Assembly: GCF_006345805.1 (NCBI RefSeq)
Contig: NW_021831971.1
Span: 1 to 33,724 of the forward strand
From: Octopus sinensis
Taxonomy: Eukaryota
Direction: 5' to 3'
DNA: 33,724 nucleotides
The first letter of the stretch is position 1. Each line of letters opens with the position of its first letter. Positions 11,102 to 22,479 of the stretch are shown piece after piece. The translations under genes and the position numbers were made by a program. The notes beneath the pieces were generated by a model that searched no databases, had not been told where the DNA came from, and worked only from the letters and a program-made list of their open reading frames with translations.

Positions 11102-11740
11102 GGTTTTATATCTATCTGCGGCTTTATATAGCTATGGTAAGACCTCACCTGGAATTTGCATCACCGGTCTGGAACCCCTATCTTGCCCAGGATATTAATC
11201 GTCTGGAAGCCGTTCAGCGACGTGCAACCAAGAGAATACCCTCCATCAGGCATTTGCCATATCCTGAACGCCTTACTTCCCTGGGCATGGATACATTGAA
11301 ACTCCGACGTTTGGCAGCTGACTTGGCAAACACCCATAAAATTAATAACCATCGTACAAACAATAACTCTGAGCACCTTTTCAAACTCCACCCATCTAAC
11401 ACCCGTGGACATATTTACAAAGTCAGAAAACAGCACAGCTCCCATGACTTCAGGAAACATTTTTTCACGCTGAGAGTTGCTGAAGCATGGAACAAACTGC
11501 CGGCATCATTGTTAGTTGTCGGAGCACTGCATCCTTCAAAACTTCCATGCTTTCTGAGATTCTCCAACACTACACCTGATTTTCTCCCCTCCATACACAC
11601 GCAAGCATGTATCTGACTCATACATTGTTCGCTTTCCAGACATTTCTACATTACTGCATGTACTTTATATGCACTTTCTGACAAGTTGTGGTGCACCTGA
11701 GCACTGTATACAATAATTTCATTATCATATTATTATTTAT
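11102..11740 (+). mobile_element. 5'-truncated CR1-type LINE nested in the older LINE
   Basis: LYIAMVRPHLEFASPVWNPY..LEAVQRRATK..TRGH..FFTLRVAEAWNKLP and an (ATT)-like tail. The host frame resumes KCSC|LIGWTLRTF. Confidence 0.9.
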
Positions 11741-12660
11741 CTCATAGGATGGACCCTACGAACCTTCACGACAAGGGGACCGGTAGTTATGCTAACTCTA
11801 TGGAAAACCTTAGTTCTCAGCAGATTAGGTTACTGCTCACAGCTTTGGTCTCCAAATTCACCCGGTCTCATAGCAGAAATTGAAAGGTTACAAAGAAGAT
11901 TCGCCAGTAAAATAACTTCGGTTAATGGTCTTAATTACTGGGAACGCCTGAAAGCTTTGCGTCTCTACTCTCTTGAACACCGAAGAGAGAAATAGACTGT
12001 TATATCGGTATGGAAGATCCTGGAGGGGCAAGTTCCAAACATCGGCATTAAAGCGCATTTTAATGCTCGAACTGGTAGGTACTGCCAGCTTCCAGAGATA
12101 CCATCTTCAAATTCACGAGCAAAAACGCTCTACTGTACCAGTTTAATATTCAGAGATCCTCATGTATTCAACTGCTTACCCAAAGGAATTAGAAATATAA
12201 AGGGACCTCTACTGAAACTTCCCCCCCCCCAAAAAAAACAAACGAAAAAACTGATGCCGGAAAAACTGGGTTCTGCCCGTTACTGCCCCCTACACATCAC
12301 TTAAGGACCACTTCGTTGCAGGAGATTGAATTTAGTATAATATATACGCTATATTTGATGGTATAAAGTATTCACCGACGTATCAGACGCGCCCCAATTT
12401 CAGCGAATTTTCTCGAAAATGTTCAGTGCATCAAAGCATGTAATGTAAGTTTCACTTTGCATATAAGGCTTCCGGTCATTTTGTTTTATTTTGTTTTGTT
12501 TTGAAATACTTATTTAGGAAAAAATGCGAATTGATATAAAAATGTTATATAGACTTTACCAACAGTCCATGGGAAGTAACTCTAGAAAATAAATGCTATT
12601 ACCTGCGAGTTATTTCTCCTGAATACTTTATCAGATTAAAACGTGATTAAAATATATACC

Positions 12661-12835
12661 GTTGTGTCTGGGGAGAGTCATTTTCTTTTTGTGCCTTATA
12701 ATTTAACACACTCACCGGTAAAATTTCCACTTTTTTTCTTATTTTTATTGTCCTAAAATTTTCGTTGCGTCTTGCAACCTTTTCAATAGTTTTGAGTTAA
12801 GGCACAAAAAGAAACTGACTCTCCCCAGACACAAC
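12661..12835 (-). mobile_element. Small fold-back element (38-bp inverted ends) containing a U3-A8 hammerhead-like motif
   Basis: 12661-12698 pairs with 12798-12835. Minus strand 12753-12789: cta-TTGAAAA-g-gttgc(aagac)gcaac-GAA-AATT-T-tag. Confidence 0.65.
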
Positions 12836-13154
12836 AGAATATGCTTCAATACACGAACTCATATAAAGAATCTTGCAAACCAAATCCAAAAACAAAATGT
12901 ATACCGTTTCTTTTGCAAAGAGTATGGTGTAGATGCTGAGACAAACATGCCCCACTGAGTCTCAGTCGTGGATTATAATCCATGTAAATGCTTCTAAAGG
13001 TCATGCTGTACACATGGCGTCTTGGTTTGACTTGTAAAAACCTCTCTATTTCCCCGCAATTTGACTCAATCCCGGTCACAGTGAAGGCCCTCAACGTTTT
13101 TATAGAGTGAACGGAGACCGGCTGAGACGAACTCGAATAATGACAAGGTATTCT

Positions 13155-13381
13155 GGCGAGCTGGCAGAAACGTTAGCACGCCTGGCGAAATGCGTAGCCG
13201 TATTTCGTCTGTCGTTACGTTCTGAGTTCAAATTCCGCCGAGGTCGACTTTGCCTTTCATCCTTTCGGGGTCGATAAATTAAGTACCAGTTATGCACTGG
13301 GGTAGATGTAATCGACTTAATCCGTTTGTCTGTCCTTGTTTGTCCCCTCTGTGTTTAGCCCCTTGTGGGTAGTAAAGAAAT
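13155..13381 (+). mobile_element. SINE family B
   Basis: Near-identical to the 10304 monomer. TSD aggtattct at 13146-13154 and 13382-13390. Confidence 0.92.
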
Positions 13382-13803
13382 AGGTATTCTATAATGGCGA
13401 TATGACGCTGTTGTTATTGTGTGGTTGTTGTTGTTGTTATTATTGCTGTCGGCCTTTACTGAGCAAAACCATTTATCAAAAATAAGATGGCCGTTCCAAC
13501 CATAACCACCACGTCGATTGAAATGCGTTTATTACACTCGACATTATTCAACGTCTCTTTTAAAAAGACAACAACACGTAGTCCGTTAGGAATTTGGTTG
13601 CTATTTCTAGCTGGTCAATCATTCACAGACAGTTTGTTAGGTTGGTCTATGATGCTTATTACTTCATCTGTTCTGTGATGACAACATTTTATCCCAGTGA
13701 TTCGACTCATTGATGAGATGATTTGCATAAGAGAGGCGTAGCGTACCTCTCTATGGTACCTATTTGCTGCTAGGTAGATTGTACCTCATTGTGGTATCTG
13801 CTG

Positions 13804-14187
13804 TTGCTGTTGCTGTTGAGCGAAGCGCTCTTCGTCCCAGAGCTCGCAAGATCGCACCTCTGTAGTGGGAGAAGTCCGAAACGTGGTCCTTTGCTATTCG
13901 TAAGACTCGCAGAAGAAGAGAAAGCAGGTCAACCCCCGACTCCGAGAGCATCGACGGATGGATGAATGCGCATCCAGAGGAAGTCGGGGGATAAGAAACA
14001 GGAAGAAAGAGTGAGAGAAAGTTGGAGCGAAAGAGTACAACAGGGGTCGCCACCACTCCCTGCCGGAGCCTTGTCGAGCTTTAGGTGTTTTCGCTCAATA
14101 AACACACACAACGCCCGGTCTGGGAATCGAAACCGCGATCCTCCGACCGACAGTCCGCTGCCCTAACCATTGGGCCATTGCGCCTCC
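13804..14187 (-). mobile_element. Full-length tRNA-derived SINE family C with (ACAGCA)n tail
   Basis: Head ggaggcgcaatggcccaatggttagggc...ggtttcgattccc (A and B boxes). 15-bp TSD ttgtggtatctgctg at 13789-13803 and 14190-14204. Confidence 0.88.
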
Positions 14188-14871
14188 GCTTGTGGTATCT
14201 GCTGACAGTGAGATGGCCTGTGTCTTTTGTATTAATACATGCCGTTAGGTTGGCAGTATTTTACTGCAGCACCCACTTACAGCTACGTAGACTGCGCTCT
14301 TATGTAAGCTCTGCTTCACTGTGGTATCAGCAAACGGCTTGGAGAACTTTGCCGCCTTGTTTGGTCGTGAGGTTTTCGACTGGGTACGAAACGATAGAAC
14401 ATCCACTTTGTTGCTTTAATAATAGACGTATACCTGGCCAACCTCGACCCTCTCTCATCAACCACTGATTAAAGCATGGTTGTTGAATCGGTTAGAACCA
14501 GTAACCAAATCTCCATCAAATCACACGCCGCCGTTTTGAAAATATGAAGAGCACACTAGATGACGAAATTCTAGAGGTTCATAAATATACAGGAATGCCG
14601 TGGTTGGATTGTCTTTAGTAATAGGTCGAGATGTCACTAATAAAGTGAGCTGCATGGCCATTGTTAAGTGTGATGTGTGAACTGATGTTAAAAATATCGC
14701 GAATGTTGTTACTCCAATGGTCTCCATGACTGTCTCCCGCCAGTCTGCAGAGAAAACAAAGACAGATTTGACTCTTTTACACTATTCTGAACCGAGAATA
14801 ATCTGATTGTAGGGTCTGCACATTTCTTTCTTGTATAATTTTAGCTTCTGTAATAGCAGCAGCAGCCGCAC

Positions 14872-14915
14872 TAGTATTATTATTATTATTTTTATCATCA
14901 TCATTATTATTTTTA

Positions 14916-14978
<63 letters not shown>

Positions 14979-14996
14979 TATTATTATTATTATTAT

Positions 14997-15030
<34 letters not shown>

Positions 15031-15052
15031 CGTCGTAGCAGCAGCAGCAGTA
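14872..15052. repeat. Compound trinucleotide microsatellite (ATT)n/(GTA)n/(GCA)n
   Basis: Direct reading. Confidence 0.95.
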
Positions 15053-15185
15053 AAGAAATGTTCAACAAAGAACAAGGAAGGTTCTGTGAACAAAGAACAG
15101 CTGTTTTCTAACCAGGAACTTTATTCTAAACAATTACCTTCGCTGCCTCCAAACCAGTCACAAGTTCGAATCGCCACAAACATAG

Positions 15186-15606
15186 TTTTTTTCTTTTCTT
15201 TTCTTATAGTAATAATTCTCTTTATCTGCAAAGTAATAGATTTTGTCTTCATCACGGAGTTCTGTACATGTTATTCCTTTTCTTGGACTAAGTTTCAACA
15301 ATTTGTTAAGAAAAGTATTGTCAATGAACTTACCTATTTCTCTACTACCCACAAGGGGCTAAACAGAGAGGACAAACAAGGACAGACAACCGGATTAAGT
15401 CGATTATATCGACCCCAGTGCGTATCTGGTACTTATTTAGTCGACCCCAAAAGGATGAAAGGCAAAGCCGACCTCGGTGGAATTTGAACTCAGAACGTAG
15501 CGGCAGACGAAATATCGCTAAGCATTTCTCCCGGCGTGCTTAACGATTCTGCCAGCTCGCCGTCTTTAATGAAGTTATATCTACCACTTAATATCACTGA
15601 TAACTT

Positions 15607-15660
<54 letters not shown>

Positions 15661-16086
15661 CCCTCTCTCTCTCTCTCTCTCTCTCCCTCTCCCTCCCTTC
15701 TTTTAGTTTTCGTTTAAGAGACTTTGGTCTTCCATCTCTTAGACACAACACGGGGGCAAACTGGTTAAACTTCTTGCACACAAACAATCATCTTCCTTCT
15801 CTCTCAAACTCTCCTTTGTTCTTCTCTCAACTTTTACTTTCCAGTCGAATCATTACTTAAAATACAGACATTATACTGAATGACTTGGTTTCTGGTTCTT
15901 CAATTGTCTCTGAGAACAATTCAAGCATGTGACTGAAGCCGAATTCACAGGCCAAGCATTTCCTTTATCTCAACGAACCGCCCCGGTTATCGCTGGACAT
16001 TCGTTCTCATCAAAATTGTGAAAATAACTTCATAAACATCATTGTGTTTTCCATAGTGTTTACTCTTGAAATCCCCAAGGACATAC
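15186..16086. repeat. Inverted duplicate of 25992-26909 (includes SINE B at 15335-15562 and (CT)n)
   Basis: Near-identical reverse complement, extending through non-SINE sequence. Confidence 0.92.
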
Positions 16087-16366
16087 AAACTCACACACAC
16101 ATAAATAGACAGACACACACATATGCATATGTAGCGAAGACTGTTCCTGGCTGGTTGTAATGCCATAGTTTCTTGTTGACGTCTTTTCTTGTCTTTCCAT
16201 TTCTCCCCTCTCTCTCTGTCACTCCTTTGTGTTCCCTCTTTTACGGTACGTCGCCATTCTCCGCGGTTGCCGGCAACTGCCTCTCAACCGCTAATATTGA
16301 TGTTACAGGCCTTCGCTACATATGCATATGTGTGTGTCTGTCTATTTATGTGTGTGTGAGTTTGTA

Positions 16367-16369
<3 letters not shown>
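16081..16369. repeat. 59-bp perfect inverted repeats flanking a locally inverted RTE fragment
   Basis: 16081-16139 is the reverse complement of 16311-16369. 16129-16314 is a direct copy of 25727-25912. Confidence 0.9.
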
Positions 16370-16436
<67 letters not shown>

Positions 16437-16739
16437 CACATATATATACACAGAGAGAGAATGAGCGAGAGAGAATCACGAAGCAGAGCTCTAAATAATA
16501 GGATGTAAATACTGGGTGGAAAAACGCTTTTTCATAGAAAAGTCGAGAGCCGTTTTCGATTTCTGTCAATGGCTGACGGATTGACGCCGCTGATCAAAGG
16601 GAAACAACTCATATCTCCCTTCTTTCGAAGCTTTTTAACACACTACGCACTAATTTTGATATCTTTCTTTCGTGGTCTGTTGCCCCTTAAACGAATTAAT
16701 TTGCATACTTCGAAATCTATATAAAATCCTTTGACGGGT

Positions 16740-16796
<57 letters not shown>

Positions 16797-16826
16797 GCGA
16801 GAAAGAAGCAACAAGAATGGATAGGT

Positions 16827-16917
16827 TTTTAGTACAATCGTTTCATACAAGGACAGGCTTTATTAAAAGTTGTAAAAATTACAGCATATAAACGTGTCCC
16901 GTACTCATCAGCTAAAA
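16827..16917 (-). ncRNA. Type I hammerhead ribozyme with extended helix II (mirror copy)
   Basis: Reverse complement of 19974-20064. Confidence 0.88.
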
Positions 16918-19900
16918 TACATGTGAGTTCTCTAGACATCCTAGTGGTTGAGGCTATACTCATGAAGTAATGTAGATAATTAAGTAACATAAACAGATTT
17001 CCAAAATTCATTAAAATTCTTTAAAGATGATGTACAGTCTTATCACAGAATTTTAAAAAGGTTCTAATAGCATCACAGAGAAGTGACCTAATCCATAGAG
17101 CACATATGAATTTCCAGAGATATGATGAGGGATTACATACTCACAGAAGACAAATTTATCCATTGTTAATCACAACGAGGTGGGTCTCAATTCCTGCTTA
17201 TTAGCATTACAGAGAGGGTGAATTAATCCTTGTATAGATGCACAATTTCCAATGGTGTAGATGTAAGTTTCCAGAGAAATGAAGAGGAATTTCATATTCA
17301 CAGGCGATAAGTTTATCAATGGTTGAACACAATGAGGTAGGTATCAGTTCTTGTTATATGATTAGGTATTTGCCACATTAATCACATTACTGCTATTTAC
17401 AAGAGGCTGTAGCTATTTAACTTATAAAGGCTGAAGGGCCTTCTGGAGAGGCCAAGAATAGAAAGGGAAGGGAATAGAAGAAAAGAGAGGAAATAAGGGA
17501 GGAGGGAGCAAAAAAAAGGGGGGAGGAAGGGGACTAAAAGAGAAGAGAGAAAAGGAAAAAGAGAATAAGAAGAAGAAACAGAAAAAAGAGAAGAGAGAAA
17601 GAATAGGGAAAGAAGGGAAAAAAATAAAAATAAAAAAGAGGGTTCTAGTTATCCAGAAGAATTAGTAGACGGCAAGTCTGGTTTTAATTTACAGGCATCT
17701 AGGAACTAGAGGAGAATATTATTCTTTGGCCAGTAAAACAGTTAATTTATTGCTGTTGAAATCAGCTATGAATTTAAAGAGAATCTAAAGAGATAACACA
17801 GTCAGGGGTTTAGGGGTCAGATGCTAAAATCAAAAGAAAATACATTATGAAAATCTAAGTATAATCTTATCAAAAAGTCAATAAAACTTACTTATTTAAT
17901 TTATTCATTTTATTGTCTTAAGGAGTTGCCATTATTATTCATACATTGACGGACTACAGGTCAAATCTTAGAAGATCATTTATAAGGTGTTAGGGGATTG
18001 TCTATCATAATGAAGATAATCATATTATCACCGAGGGGGTAGCCTTATTTATTTAATTTTGAAATAGAATTATGGGGCTATAGTATCTCATTTTATTTTA
18101 TTAGAGTTATGCTACTTAAATTAGATTAAGTTAGGAATTAAAATTAAGTTAGGAATTAAAATTAAAAATTACAATTAAGATTTAAAATTAAGAATTTAAA
18201 AGATTATGAGTTTGAAATTAGATAAAGCCTAAATTAAGCAGCGTATAAGTACTATTCATTTCCCTGTTCTCAAAAAACTGATGCAGATATAAGGAAAAAG
18301 ATAACTGTGGTGTGAGAACTCTTAGTTATCTACTTAAAGCAGTGCTATACTAGTAGAAGTCAAGTTATATCTATCTATCTAGTTACGGATGTTCTAATCA
18401 TTTAAAATATTTTAAAGTCTTCAATTTAGCGTGGACACAAACTTGACCTAGTTCGATATGATTATTCAATAAGTTGAATATTTTAAATGATTAGAACATC
18501 CGTAACTAGATAGATAGATATAACTTGACTTCTACTAGTATAGCACTGCTTTAAGTAGATAACTAAGAGTTCTCACACCACAGTTATCTTTTTCCTTATA
18601 TCTGCATCAGTTTTTTGAGAACAGGGAAATGAATAGTACTTATACGCTGCTTAATTTAGGCTTTATCTAATTTCAAACTCATAATCTTTTAAATTCTTAA
18701 TTTTAAATCTTAATTGTAATTTTTAATTTTAATTCCTAACTTAATTTTAATTCCTAACTTAATCTAATTTAAGTAGCATAACTCTAATAAAATAAAATGA
18801 GATACTATAGCCCCATAATTCTATTTCAAAATTAAATAAATAAGGCTACCCCCTCGGTGATAATATGATTATCTTCATTATGATAGACAATCCCCTAACA
18901 CCTTATAAATGATCTTCTAAGATTTGACCTGTAGTCCGTCAATGTATGAATAATAATGGCAACTCCTTAAGACAATAAAATGAATAAATTAAATAAGTAA
19001 GTTTTATTGACTTTTTGATAAGATTATACTTAGATTTTCATAATGTATTTTCTTTTGATTTTAGCATCTGACCCCTAAACCCCTGACTGTGTTATCTCTT
19101 TAGATTCTCTTTAAATTCATAGCTGATTTCAACAGCAATAAATTAACTGTTTTACTGGCCAAAGAATAATATTCTCCTCTAGTTCCTAGATGCCTGTAAA
19201 TTAAAACCAGACTTGCCGTCTACTAATTCTTCTGGATAACTAGAACCCTCTTTTTTATTTTTATTTTTTTCCCTTCTTTCCCTATTTCTTTCTCTCTTCT
19301 CTTTTTTCTGTTTCTTCTTCTTATTCTCTTTTTCCTTTTCTCTCTTCTCTTTTAGTCCCCTTCCTCCCCCCTTTTTTTTGCTCCCTCCTCCCTTATTTCC
19401 TCTCTTTTCTTCTATTCCCTTCCCTTTCTATTCTTGGCCTCTCCAGAAGGCCCTTCAGCCTTTATAAGTTAAATAGCTACAGCCTCTTGTAAATAGCAGT
19501 AATGTGATTAATGTGGCAAATACCTAATCATATAACAAGAACTGATACCTACCTCATTGTGTTCAACCATTGATAAACTTATCGCCTGTGAATATGAAAT
19601 TCCTCTTCATTTCTCTGGAAACTTACATCTACACCATTGGAAATTGTGCATCTATACAAAGGATTAATTCACCCTCTCTGTAATGCTAATAAGCAGGAAT
19701 TGAGACCCACCTCGTTGTGATTAACAATGGATAAATTTGTCTTCTGTGAGTATGTAATCCCTCATCATATCTCTGGAAATTCATATGTGCTCTATGGATT
19801 AGGTCACCTTCTCTGTGATGCTATTAGAACCTTTTTAAAATTCTGTGATAAGACTGTACATCATCTTTAAAGAATTTTAATGAATTTTGGAAATCTGTTT

Positions 19901-19973
19901 ATGTTACTTAATTATCTACATTACTTCATGAGTATAGCCTCAACCACTAGGATGTCTAGAGAACTCACATGTA

Positions 19974-20064
19974 TTTTAGCTGATGAGTACGGGACACGTT
20001 TATATGCTGTAATTTTTACAACTTTTAATAAAGCCTGTCCTTGTATGAAACGATTGTACTAAAA
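19974..20064 (+). ncRNA. Type I hammerhead ribozyme with extended helix II
   Basis: ttttag-CTGATGA-gtacgggaca...tgtccttgtat-GAAAC-gatt-GTA-ctaaaa. Perfect 6-bp helix I, intact core, predicted cut after 20058. Confidence 0.88.
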
Positions 20065-20207
20065 ACCTATCCATTCTTGTTGCTTCTTCTCGCTTATAAT
20101 CACCCCACATTACTGTATTGTTAAAACAGTATAGTTTGTTTTTGGTGCATCTAAGTTAGGTACCATATTCAAGTAAATTCATTTAAATTAACTTGAATCT
20201 TTATTGC

Positions 20208-20246
<39 letters not shown>

Positions 20247-20313
20247 TTTATAAGTGGATAAATCAGTGTATTGGCTTTAGAATAACCCTCTTTAGCCCTT
20301 AATTATATGATAT

Positions 20314-20410
<97 letters not shown>

Positions 20411-20693
20411 GTATGATGTATGTATGTATGTATGTATGTATGTATATATAATTATAACAATAATTTACAAATATTGTTGTCTGTGGAGACATATTTTTGT
20501 AGAAAAAGGAAATAGTAGTCTTTTGGCTGCTATTTCTAAAATTTTCGGTATGTGGTGAAGCAACTTGTTGCTAAACCCTTATTGTTATAATTATATATAA
20601 TAAAAAAAACTTTTTGTATAAGTTTTTACCGAAAAAATTCTAGGTGAAATTTGTTGATTTTATTAAATTAATTATCTTTCACCCTATATCTGT

Positions 20694-20763
<70 letters not shown>

Positions 20764-20770
20764 TATATAT

Positions 20771-21745
20771 AAAGAAGTAAATATATGGCACAACGAAGTA
20801 CCGATATTTACTGGAAATAGCGAACGTAATAATACGACGCTAATGTATAGCTTCACCGCGTATGTACTAGCAAAAATGCGTGAGTGCAACAAACTAGAAA
20901 AAATTGTCTTACCTCCAGGGAGAACATCTGAAAGATGAAATACCTAGAAAAGGATAATGTGGGACCGGAGCCGGTTTCAGATTTTTCAAGATATGTCTGC
21001 ACCCATAAAATTAATCTATCTTCATCAGCCAAACATATACCACGACAACATTTCAGATGTTACCACATTAATGCCAATACACTCGACTGAAACGCCGAAA
21101 CGCTAACAGCACGAGAACGGTGAAGAAGTTTCAATAAATTAGTAATGCAATACTAGAGTATTGGTTTCCAGTAAAGAATAGCCCGTGAGGGAAAAATATA
21201 CAAAGAAGTAAATATATGGCACAACGAAGTACCGATATTTACTGGAAATAACGAACGATATGTAAATGTAAAAAAATACAAACTGGGACAAGAACGTGAA
21301 ACATTTAGAAGACGATACAAAAAACACGGACGGGACATTCGAAGCCTTCAATCTTCAGTCAAGAACCGGATCATCTTCGCAATTTCGGCTGATTAATCTT
21401 GAGATTGCTCCGATCTGGCCAGCCCCAAAGGAAAATCTAAGCCAAGCGCATTAGATTCCTTGGAAGAAAGCCTCGTATGTATACAAAACAAGGACGGAAA
21501 AACGGACGATGTTACGCGAATAAGAATACAAAAAATACGTAAAAACAATAATGATAGCACGAATAAGAATACAAAAATACATAAAAACAATAATGATAAT
21601 AATAATAACAACAAAAACAGGACGTCACAGACAAGTGTCTTTTCGACAGGACGAGTAAATTTTTGAGCTGGCGTTAGAAGAAAGCCTTAGGGCTACAGAG
21701 AGACAAAAAAGTGTGTCTTGCCGCAACGGCTGCTGGCCACGAAGA
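20771..21745 (-). mobile_element. Non-coding repeat ending at (TA)n; 56-bp direct repeats (period 431) enclose a hammerhead
   Basis: 20771-20826 and 21202-21257 differ at one base. The upstream boundary is approximate. Confidence 0.55.
20957..21036 (-). ncRNA. Type I hammerhead ribozyme with full helix III
   Basis: atgtttgg-CTGATGA-agat...atct-GAA-accg(gctc)cggt-C-ccacat; canonical GUC triplet. Confidence 0.82.
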
Positions 21746-21749
21746 GGTT

Positions 21750-22375
21750 AGCAATCGAGGGTCTTCTTCAAACCGGCATACATCCCACAGGTGTCGCCAC
21801 TGTCAGCAGCTGACTTGATACTTTGACAGATTTCCTGCCAATACCTATTTGCACAGCGTCTGGCAGTCAGTTGGGTTTTATTTCTTGCCTTTCTGAGTTC
21901 TTCGAGTGACTTTGTAGAAGAATCACTCTTGTATTGCATCAGAGCTGCACACTTTGCTTCGATAACTGTTTCCAGCTCTGAGAGCCCAGCACTGAACAAA
22001 ATCTGGGTTTTGCCTTTCTCTCATGCCGAAAGTATCTATTGATGTGGTATACAAAGCTTCCCTTATATAATTCCACCTACTTTCAGCAGAGGAGGTTGGG
22101 CAGCTACTGAGGGCAACCTTGATGCAGGGCGGGTTCTGGGGGAGAGAGCAGATGCACGGTCCACAGAACGTGCCCTGGCAAGGGCGGTGTGGATAGTGGT
22201 GAGGGGATATCCATTTAGGATGAAGTGGTGAGCCAAGAGTTGAGACTCAGTCTCAAAGTCATGGTCGTCACTAAGCTAAGCTCCCTGTAATAGTGGAAGC
22301 AATGCCGTAGCGCTCACTGTGGGGCTGGTAGCTGTGGACAGTGAGCCCAACGGTGCCCAGAGCTTTGCCCATGAC
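21750..22375 (-). mobile_element. RTE LINE fragment (endonuclease-RT linker)
   Basis: LETVIEAK..LRKARNKTQLTARRCANRYWQEICQSIKSAADSGDTCGMYAGLKK. Paralogue at ~30340-30970 (+). Confidence 0.8.
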
Positions 22376-22377
22376 AC

Positions 22378-22479
22378 TCCATGAACCCTAAGTAAGGAAT
22401 TTGTAAAATTTGAATGAAATCGGTTCTCAAGTTTTAGGGTTTCACACAGACAGACAGACTCACATTCTCAGTTTTATAT
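22378..22479 (-). mobile_element. Helitron-like 5' fragment
   Basis: atataaaactgagaatgtgagtctgtctgtctgtg resembles the 5' end of the 5142-5634 element. No 3' hairpin or CTAG. Confidence 0.5.

Larger units (their letters stand above)
9156..12212 (+). mobile_element. CR1/L2-type LINE ORF2 remnant (reverse transcriptase) with two nested insertions
   Basis: SAPGPDGFP, RPVSLTSH, QHGFRTGRGCLTQLL, YLDFAKAFDKIDH, GIPQCTVLGPLLF, YADDTK, SRLGYCSQLWSP. Stops and frameshifts present. Confidence 0.93.
16797..20212 (+). mobile_element. 3.3-kb near-perfect palindrome plus 3' tail, inserted in (TA)n; Penelope-like architecture, no recognisable ORF
   Basis: Arms 16797-18411 and 18477-20093, 65-nt spacer, unique tail 20094-20212. 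HHR near each outer end. Absent from the paralogous TA tract at 32410-32484. Confidence 0.8.

Noticed and set aside
14115-14187. tRNA gene
   Set aside because: It is the head of a TSD-bounded SINE, with no proper acceptor stem or terminator. The same applies to the family A and B heads.
14782-15487. 218-aa and 103-aa ORFs with poly-I/V/T runs
   Set aside because: Trinucleotide microsatellite plus SINE read-through.
18500-19250. Possible GIY-YIG remnants in the palindrome arm (e.g. HQFFENREMNST)
   Set aside because: Too short and stop-ridden to support; needs a profile search.
16829-20062. Identical 60-aa ORFs on opposite strands
   Set aside because: A consequence of the palindrome; they overlap the HHR and have no recognisable domain.
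21330-21410. CTGAAGA motif on the minus strand (and ~31362 on plus) as a hammerhead
   Set aside because: Followed by GAAT rather than GAAA, with no consistent helix I or III in any topology tried.
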